A stretch of DNA of 64,000 nucleotides, from IMG/VR virus record IMGVR_UViG_3300030107_002792; one strand, written 5' to 3'. Each line of letters begins with the position of its first letter. The first letter of the stretch is position 1. Below are positions 42,501-50,200 of this stretch, piece by piece. The DNA comes from an uncultured virus (IMG/VR IMGVR_UViG_3300030107_002792). Lineage: Duplodnaviria > Heunggongvirae > Uroviricota > Caudoviricetes > Kyanoviridae. Both the position numbers and the translations under genes were made by a program. The notes under the pieces were generated by a model, which did not search any database, had not been told where the DNA came from, and saw only the letters and a program-made list of their open reading frames with translations.

Positions 42501-43719
42501 TAATAGAAAGATTAGAGTAGCACATTCTGATCATGGTATGCATGACTTAGATAATAACGTTATCATTGAAGGTGCTATATCAGAAGTATCTGATACTTAT
42601 CTAACATCTGCTATATCAGCATCTGATACTGCTGTTAATGTAAATGATGCTACGGCATTCCACAAAATTGTTAACGGTGCTGCAATTAGTGCATCCAATG
42701 TAGGATACATTAAGATTGAAGATGAGATCATGTCTTATTCAGCAATTAGTAATGATGGTAAAACTATTACAGTTCACGAAAGAGGACTTGATGGAACTAC
42801 TGGTGTAACACATGCTGATGAATCTGTTGTTGAATGTTATAACCTTGATGGTATACCTCTAACAGAAATTAATAAGACTCATGTTGCTATTGCTTCTCCT
42901 ACACTTGATAGTTACGAGATAGCAACAACTTCTCTTGGTAGATTGGGTATAAGATCTGGTGGTGACGCAATTGTTGCAACTCAGAACGTTCAATACGAAA
43001 TCTTAGTACCTCAGATTGAAAGAATGTTATTACCTAAGACAGATATTACTGCAAGGGTTAATACCATTACTGGTACATCTATCAATGATGGAACTACAAT
43101 GGGACAAAACTCCTTTAGTAATACAGGAGAGTTTATAGATGTAAACTTAAGTGAAGATAATCCTTTTGATTCTCCTCAGTTGATTTGTTCTGAACAGAAT
43201 GAGTCTGCAGAATTGAATGGTGCTAAGTCATTTAGAATGGATCTAACTATGATTAGTAATTTAGCAACAGTATCACCTGTTGTAGATACTGATAGAATGT
43301 CAATTACTACTGTAAGTCAAAGGATTAATAATCCTGCTAATGTTGATAGTGCTAAACTTGCTATTGGTGACGAACATGCTGCTGTTTATATTAGTAAGGT
43401 TGCAAGTCTTACTAATAACTCAACATCTATTAGGTTGATGTTTGCTGGATACCGTCCACCAAATACTTACATAAAACCCCTATATAGAGTGCTCCCTGCT
43501 GGATCAACAGATCCTATAGAATCCTATGGATTTGAATGGTTCCCAACAGAAGGGGCTAAAATTCCTGAAACTACTGAGTTGGAATTGTATAATGATTACG
43601 AGTATGAAGTAACTGGTTTGGACTTCACAGCATATCAAGTTAAACTTGTTCTTGTGTCTGCAAACCAAGCATATGCACCAACTCTTAAAGAACTCAGGGC
43701 AATCGCACTCGCTGTATAA
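36505..43719 (+). CDS. VrlC-like / DUF4815-type large virion structural protein
   Basis: 'NLNVTPYYDDFD...FYRVLFRPGFPIQARELTSMQSILQNQ', 'YTMRDIG..ENRL..VEYYTSL', 'KNGFIVDDF', 'DPLAQSF', 'LFKSQNATTW'; follows gp8 as in other cyanomyoviruses. Confidence 0.85.
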   Translation: MAQNTNLNVTPYYDDFDKAKNFYRVLFRPGFPIQARELTSMQSILQNQVENMGTHMFKDGAMVIPGQIGYDLEVDAIQVQESFLGADVENYRSQLTGKIITGLTSGVKAKVLYSISATTSEKGYITLYLKYIESGTETGGTENTQQTFINNEQLVTDTEITFGTTLIEIGSPFAQLLPTAAIQTGSAAYVQTGVYFIRGFFVDVPYQYILLDQYGSTPKYRIGLEILESIITPEDDLSLNDNAAGTSNYAAPGSHRFRITTNLVKKLLTDEADKDFIELLRINGDKVEKLVDRSAYDELERSLATRTYEESGDYVVDDFQITMRENLDDGFNNGVYATGDTTADGNSAAENLFAVEFGPGTAYVRGYRIKTLAPTYVDLAKPRDTNSAQNTIVPFELGNYSKVTNTFGFLNTSGSTISNAYQTVELRDRFTATPGDSVGNLIGYARAASLEFLTNPNGTFGDTDDQYKLHMFDVQMFTVIQLASAQTIQSTAADNRGSLIVGKTTGARGYIVAPISSATHLQVYQVEGVFAKGEMITVDGLDKDTITNVHTYQYSDTRQVLSRDESTSNVEFTADIILEDLRGLQGITFTYDATGGSEKITGTNSNFAADLRAGDRIYFNETKYVDVDYVDPTNLASANGSTIFNYSTQVALVTPGGGGAAPSAGTYTQLLRYRGKLLEVDKATLIKEMPKPYVKSISDESMIVRRTFDNQTVSSSSLSITLPENEQFQAITDANYTLTVMGGSNGTYPVGDQLPVDTVNSGGIGYTAFADPATKTTLNISNLTNITSVKVTASISKNVTTKKTKSPTNMFVLKVNQSQENLDKMKYGLTYSGVYGTRIEDQELSLGLTDVFNVHAVYESLDDLDPVIPSVTLVEPAFFANKSIVTGRTSKARARVVDFNSSTLKLTVVYLEGKFVSGETLDGLNSSNVAIQGIINDSVGSVIAGSKVITDRYTLQNGQTDFLYGISKLTREKGVAQPIRKLKIVLDYYTHAATGDYFGGQSYLDTNYADIPFYSGLFLPDFLDFRPGVKNLFAGTGTVASPAYVQLPSLDFRSRIFPTSGTPSATLFDVPQVNSDFRCDFDWYLSRVDKVFVLPSGEFQIIKGKSAENPTEPDDLQDGMLLAVLKHDPYTFDTSDDTIIIKSDNKRYTMRDIGNIENRLNNVEYYTSLNMLESDTFNTEVLDSSGKSRLKNGFIVDDFTDHSKSDMEEEDYSASLDYESGTCHASHYTTNVSLLLDSSLSQNVQQTGPLITLPYVEEALIIQPYASRVENVNPFNVFAYIGRIDLTPASDDWVDTNRLPRRVTSIEGNFRATRRRLNVDQNGFAPTQWRAWRTTWTGTSRGSWNRWREHTFANFVPGRGRRVLGSRTTTTTRRQTRSGIRTRVVPRIDRRSLGDRIVSETSIPWIRSRNVEVVVARMKPRTSFFSFFDGQKIDDYMIPKVIELIKNSSTDSRTNSTPFVVGELVRGLTSGCRFRVAAPNDFYKYNQYDDTEMPSSYASTTAFLNIDTESLARRAVGRYYGNFQVGEVLLGQSGARAVVKDRRSVTDRLGQWKGAFFIPNPRNRSNPRWSTGDRTLRLTTSKTDSRLPGAVSSSAETEYSAKGTLRRVQENVLAVRNARLVRDTTTQRRTRRSTRTETRQVGWWDPLAQSFLITEEGGTFITSVDVYFNTKDTNIPISMQIRTMENGYPTTTILPFSDTTVTPDNVQISETGAIATKFTFRAPVYIPQSIEHCFVLFSDSNSYQVWISRMGELDISGDRTISEQPYAGVLFKSQNATTWTADQYEDLKFIVNRAKFTTGLNSRVTLTNAPLDVGNNGKITLAPDPIQTYQPELQLNTAASNLTDTPFTIGARVYQKQSLAQGTITAKANKGGGGFTLTINDISGTWVDAQAIVSSKTTGTITLTSTSGYAVGDVITGGTSSTTSTITAVTNATTLAVNYLSGAYTNGETVTGDGAGGGTANQSTTVPGSGTNTVPAGDRVSSATVQAATQSGSPTYDTGNRKIRVAHSDHGMHDLDNNVIIEGAISEVSDTYLTSAISASDTAVNVNDATAFHKIVNGAAISASNVGYIKIEDEIMSYSAISNDGKTITVHERGLDGTTGVTHADESVVECYNLDGIPLTEINKTHVAIASPTLDSYEIATTSLGRLGIRSGGDAIVATQNVQYEILVPQIERMLLPKTDITARVNTITGTSINDGTTMGQNSFSNTGEFIDVNLSEDNPFDSPQLICSEQNESAELNGAKSFRMDLTMISNLATVSPVVDTDRMSITTVSQRINNPANVDSAKLAIGDEHAAVYISKVASLTNNSTSIRLMFAGYRPPNTYIKPLYRVLPAGSTDPIESYGFEWFPTEGAKIPETTELELYNDYEYEVTGLDFTAYQVKLVLVSANQAYAPTLKELRAIALAV

Positions 43720-43940
43720 TGGACGTACCTGTTAAAGACCACGCTGGATGGTTTCGTGATAATAGCGGAGCTATCCAATGTGCTGATACCTCAACATATG
43801 ATAAGTATATGAAGGGGTATAGAGCAGAACAAAAGAAACGGAAAGAATTTGTAGCTTTACAAAATGACGTTTCTGCGTTAAAATCAGATATGAGTGAGAT
43901 AAAATCACTTTTACTAACGTTAGCTGACAAATCATCATGA
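43719..43940 (+). CDS. small hypothetical protein with coiled-coil C-terminus
   Basis: 73 aa, overlaps the upstream stop; 'LQNDVSALKSDMSEIKSLL'. Confidence 0.75.
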   Translation: MDVPVKDHAGWFRDNSGAIQCADTSTYDKYMKGYRAEQKKRKEFVALQNDVSALKSDMSEIKSLLLTLADKSS

Positions 43941-44179
43941 CCACTGAACTGGAAAAGGTATCCCAAGATCAGATGCTTTCCCAATTTAAGGAAAGATATC
44001 AAAAATGCATTGCTGAAAACCAGCAATTAGCAGCAAAAATTAAAGAAAATGAAGTCACAGCACTCAAGCTTCAGGGTGCTATTGAGGCATTGGAGTATTA
44101 CAATCCACCGCAAGAAACGGCAGCACCAGAAATTCCTGCCGATGATGTAACGGATGGGTCTCCTGAATTAACTGAATAA
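43937..44179 (+). CDS. small coiled-coil hypothetical protein
   Basis: 80 aa, ATGA overlap with the previous ORF; 'LKLQGAIEALEYY'. Confidence 0.75.
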   Translation: MTTELEKVSQDQMLSQFKERYQKCIAENQQLAAKIKENEVTALKLQGAIEALEYYNPPQETAAPEIPADDVTDGSPELTE

Positions 44180-44183
44180 TATC

Positions 44184-44209
44184 GAAGGGGGACGCAAGTC
44201 CCCTTTCTT
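44184..44209 (+). terminator. probable intrinsic terminator (GCAA tetraloop hairpin)
   Basis: GAAGGGGGAC-GCAA-GTCCCCTTTC, followed by TT; immediately after stop 44179. Confidence 0.65.
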
Positions 44210-44215
44210 AATGGC

Positions 44216-44222
44216 ATAAATA
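44216..44222 (+). promoter_or_regulatory. late promoter motif (ATAAATA)
   Basis: Just downstream of the hairpin, 41 nt upstream of the tail-fibre ATG. Confidence 0.7.
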
Positions 44223-44262
44223 ACTTGGAAGCATGTTCCCATAGAGTTGTCTTAAAAATAAA

Positions 44263-47200
44263 ATGGCAAATAGAATTCAATTAAGAAGAGGTGGTGCTCA
44301 GGATTGGGCTAACTCTAACCCGACCCTAGCACAAGGTGAATTAGGTATTGAACTTGATACTGGTAGATTTAAAATAGGTGACGGTGTTACCGCTTGGAAT
44401 ACTTTACGGTATGAGCGTCCCGTAGAATCTACTTCTAATACTGCAAATACACTTGTACAAAGAGATGCTGATGGTAACTTCTCTGCAGGAACTATCACAT
44501 CAACCCTTATCGGTAATGCTTCAACTTCTTCAAGACTTGCATCTGCTAGACAGCTTACGTTATCAGATGACATAGTAGGATCTGGTGTTTTTGATGGTTC
44601 TGCCAACCTCACTATATCTACTGGACTACAATTAATTTCAACTCTACCTCATTATGATGGAACTGCTAGTGCTTCTGCAACTTATACAAAGGTAACTGTA
44701 GACGCAAAAGGTAGAATTACAAATGCTTCTACACCTTCAACTCTTGCTGATTATAACCTTAATGGAACTGTAGAGGGATCATCAGCTCAACCATATGATT
44801 TAGACTTAGTTGCACTTTCTGGTCTTACTACTACTGGTATTATTGCTAGAACTAGTGGTGGTGCTATGTCAACCAGAACCATTACTGGTACTGCTACAAG
44901 AATTGGTATGACCAATGGTAATGGTGTTTCTGGAAACCCAACTATTGACCTTATTACTACTGCAGTGCAAGCAGGTGATTATAATACAGAGTCTCTAACA
45001 TCAGTATCTGGTGTTGGTAGTAACAGTGAACCATTTGGTACACAAACTGTAAACGCTACGAAATTTACAGTTGATGCATATGGTAGACTAACTAGTGCAA
45101 CTAATGTACCTATTGCCACAGCAGTAGAAGGAACAGATGCAGCAGCATACAACGCAGGAACGACCTATTCCAGAGGTGATAAGATCACTAATGCGTCGAA
45201 ACTTTATCAAGCCATTGCAGGTATCTCGGCAGGAGCTGGCGCACCTACTCATTCAGATACTAGTGATGCTGGATCGTGGAGACACCTCGGTGCAGTTACG
45301 ACAAAACAAAAAGGTCTCGCTTCCTTTGCTCAAGAAGATTTCGATGTATCTGCAGGGGGTCACGTTAGTCTCTCTGCTGCTGGTATTGACAATTCTCAAT
45401 TACAAAACAGTAGAATTTCCTTTGCTGACGGCAACGCGAAAGAGGACTTCGACCTCGACCAAGAATTAACTACGACTACAGGATATCGTGGATTCAATAA
45501 ACTCAACTATATCAAGATTAATGATACAAGTGGTAATCTACTGTTTGGGGCAAATAATACGGGTGATAGTAGTGCTGGAGAGATTGATGTCAACGTCAGA
45601 TCCTATTTCAGTGATCCAGACATTACCCTCGATGGGGCGGTTGCACAAACTTTAGATAAGACTGGAGATGGTAATCTAACATTCCAGACTACACAGAACT
45701 CAACATCTGCTAGAACCTTAAGTATTTTAGCAACTAACGCTGGTTCTGGTGCTAGTGGTGTTGTAGTAACTGCAGAAAATACAGTTACTATCACTGCATC
45801 AGACGCTGCTGGTAAAGTACAAGTAGAAGACACATATTTCCAAGGAGATTATATTGCTTCCTCTGCTGCTACCATGATCTTGGATCCTGGTGATGATAGA
45901 GCAGTAAGTGGTAAAGTTCAAATAATGGGGGACTTACAAGTAGATGGAACGACTACAACAATTAATTCAGCAGTCACTACTCTGGATGATCCTATTATCA
46001 CTCTTGGTGGTGATACTGCTCCAGCGTCAGATGACAATAAGGACAGAGGAGTTGAATTCAGATATTACGACGCTTCGGCAAAGGTTGGATTCTTTGGTTA
46101 CGACGATTCAGCCGCAGATCTTGGAGGGCATACAGGAGCGTTTACATTCCTCTACGATGCCACAAATTCCTCCGAAGTATTCTCTGGAACAGATGCAGGG
46201 ATCATCGCTGGTAATTTAAAACTAACAACAAATACTAACTCAACATCTAATACTACTGGAGATTTGGTAGTAGCAGGTGGTGTTGGTATTGGTGATGATG
46301 TTAATATTGGTGGACTATTAGATGTAGATGGTACATTCCGTGCTAATAGCACATCTAGATTTGATGATAATATTGTATTACAAGGTGCTTCTAAGACACT
46401 TCAACTTAATAATGGATCTGGAACTACTAAGATTGAGTTACAATCTACAACTGGTAATGCTAATATAGGTGGTATCTTAACTAACACTGGTGCTATTGAT
46501 GCTAACTCTAGTTTAGACGTAGCAGGTTTAGTTCATTTTGAATCTACTGATGCTCCAACTATTGCTTTAAATGGTGGAACAAATCTTTATGAGATTCAAA
46601 GTTCTGACTATGGTTCATTACAAGTAGATGGTGGTGGATATATTGATAAAGACGTTCTCTTTAATGGAGACATTTATATAAACGGTGATCTTAACCAGAG
46701 AGATAGTGGTACTGAGAGTTGGGGATTCAGGAACTGGTTGCAGGTCAGATATAAGGGAAGATTTGGTTCAAGTGTTGCTTACAACCCAACTTATGCTACA
46801 CATAACACTTCTAACTTAAGAGTGTATGGTGGTGCTGGTGTTGCTCAAAATTTACATGTTGGTGCTACAGGAACTGGAGAAGGTTTCTTTGTTGGTAAGA
46901 AGAACTCTGGAGACACAGTTAAGTTTAGTGTTTTAGGTGCTTCTGGTAATACAACTATTGTTGGTGATCTTACAGTTAACGCTGCTGTTGACTTTGACAC
47001 TACTTTAAACGTTGATGGTGCTGCTACATTCCAAGATAATGTTACTATCAATGCTGATAATAAAATGTTTACTATCGAGAATAACTCGGCAGTAGACCAA
47101 TTTACAGTTGATACAGATAATGGTAACACATATGTTGGTGGATCATTAACAGTTGATGATGCTGCTGAATTAAATTCAACATTAAATGTTGATGCTGGTG

Positions 47201-50200
47201 CTACATTCCAAGACAATGTTACGATTAACGCAGATAATAAATTCTTTAAAGTCCAGAATAATTCGAGTGCTGACAAGTTTACCGTTGATACGGATAACGG
47301 CAACACTGTTATCGCTGGTACTCTTGACGTTACTAGTAATGTCGGTATCGACGGAAACTTTGATATTGCTACTTCTAAGTTTACTGTTGCTGCTGCTACT
47401 GGTAATACTGTTATTGACGGAACTGTTGATATAGATGAGCAACTTACAGTTACTTCTGGTGTAACAATTAATGATGCTAATAAAACATTTGATATTCAAA
47501 ATGGATCTGCTGTATCTAAGTTTAGTGTAGATACTGACAATGGTAACACTAACATTATTGGTACATTAACCGTTGGTGATGCTACACAGATTAATGACAC
47601 CTTTGGTGTTTCAGGTGTAGTAACTGCTACGGCAAACACAGAGCAAACTCTAACAGGATCATACGCTGCTGATGGTGCTGCAAGATTCTCTGGTGGTATT
47701 GGATTAGCAAAGAACTTAGCAGTTGGTGGTGGAGCACGAGTCTACGGTAATACAGAACTAACAGGAACATTAGATCTTAATAACTCTGCAGATATCTCTG
47801 GTGCTTTAGTAACTCATGATAATGTTACTATCACTGCAGATAACAAAACATTTGCTATTCAAAATGCATCTGCTGCTAATAAACTTACAGTAGATACCGA
47901 CAATGGTAATACTGATATTCGTGGAACATTAGATGTTGGTGGTGATGTAACTGCTGAATCTAACCTCACAATTACGGGGAATCTTACTGTCAATGGAACA
48001 ACAACTACTGTCAATTCTACGGTTACAACTCTCGATGACCCTATCATTACTGTGGGTGGTGACACAGCACCCGCGTCTAACGACGGTAAGGATCGTGGTG
48101 TTGAGTTCCGTTATTACGACGGTTCTGCGAAAATTGGGTTCTTCGGATATGACAGATCAACCTCCGAATTTGCACTCTTAACATCTGTTACTAATACTGC
48201 TGAAGTAATGGCAGGTACTGATGGTGCTTTAAGAATTGGATCAGTTCATGTAACTGGTGCTGGCACTTCCTTAGATGTAGATAATAATTTAAATGTAGAT
48301 GGTGCTGCTACAGTTGACGGTCAAATAACTTCTAATGTTGCTGATGGAACTGCTCCATTGGTTATCACATCTACAACTAAAGTTAATAACCTAAACGTTG
48401 ATCGTTTAGATAACATGACAACTGCAAGTGCAAACACTGCATCCACAGTTGTTAATCGTGATGCTTCTGGAGACTTTGCTGCAAATCAAATTACTGCTGC
48501 TAGTGCTGCTGGTTCTGGTGCAGGTTTCTTAGGTAACGCAACCACTGCTGACGCATGGAAGACTGCTAGAGTATTCACCCTTGATGGTGTTGTATCTGGT
48601 TCTGTATCTGTAGATGGTAGTGCTGCTCCAACATTAACAACAACATATGTTGATGCTGATATAACTGCTTTGGCAGCGATGAGTGGCACAGGATACGTTG
48701 TAAGAACTGCTGCAAATACATACGCACAAAGAACACTTGCTGTTACAGCATCCTCTGGTATTACACTTACCAATGCTGATGGTGTATCAGGTAACACAAC
48801 AATTAACGTTGCTTCTGCAAGTTCAAACGCTGCAAACAACTTAGTCATACGTGACGGATCTGGAGACTTTGCTGCTAATGAGATTACTTCAGACTTAGTT
48901 GGTAACCTTACAGGTGCTACTTCTACTGCTAAGGATCTTAATCCTGCTGCTGATAGCACATACGATCTTGGAACTAATACAGTTAGATGGCAGACTTTAT
49001 ATGCAGATACTGTAAATGCAACCACATACGTTGGTTCTCTTACAGGTACTTCTTCTGATGCTGCTGCAATTACTGTTGCTGATGAATCTGCTGATACATC
49101 ATGTAATGTGGTATTTGTTACTGCAGCTACTGGATCACTTGCTCCTAAGACAGGAACTAACTTAACCTTTAATTCCAGTACTGGAAATCTTGCTGCTACT
49201 ACCTTTACAGGTCTTGTAGTTGGAGATGTTACTGGCGATGTTACAGGTAATGCTGACACCGCAACTCTTGCTTCAACAGTTACTGTTGCTGACGAGTCAA
49301 CTGATACTTCATGTAATGTTTTATTCGCAACCGCAGCAACTGGTTCTCTTGGAGTTAAGAGTGGAACTAATCTAACTTTTGATTCTGCAAATGGAGTTCT
49401 AACTACTACTTCTGTAACTGGAAATCTAACTGGTAATTTAATTGCTACAACATCTACTGCTAAGAATCTTAACCCTGCTGCTGATAGTGCTCATGATCTA
49501 GGAACTAACACTGTTCGTTGGCAGAATGTATATGCAGATGCTGCTAATATCACTGCTATAACAGGAACCTTAACTGGTACTGCATCTAGTATTGCAAACC
49601 ATAATACTGATGCATTAACTGAAGGATCAACTAATTTATACTTCACTGATGAGCGTGTAGATGATAGACTTAATGCTGTTATCGTTGCTGGCACAGGTGT
49701 TACTAAGGTATATGATGATGGTGCTAATACATACACACTATCTGTTACTCAGGCAGATGTTAATACCGATAACATAACAGAAGGAAGCACAAATCTATTC
49801 TTCACTAATGAAAGAGTAGATGACAGATTGAATGCTGTTATCGTTGCTGGTACTGGTGTTACTAAGGTTTATGATGACGCTGCTAACACATATACGTTAT
49901 CAGTTACACAGGCAGATGTTAATACTGATACTGTAACTGAGGGATCAACAAATCTCTTTACTACTGCTGCAAGAACCAGAACTCACTTTACATATGGAAC
50001 TGGTATTACACATAGTTCTGGAACTCTATCTGTAACTCAAGCAGATATTAATACAGACAATGTAACTGAAGGATCAACAAATCTCTTTACCACTGCTGCT
50101 AGAACTAGAGGTCACTTTACATACGGCACAGGTATTACACACAGTTCAGGTACTCTTAGTGTTACTCAGGCAGACATAGACACAGATAATATTACTGAAG

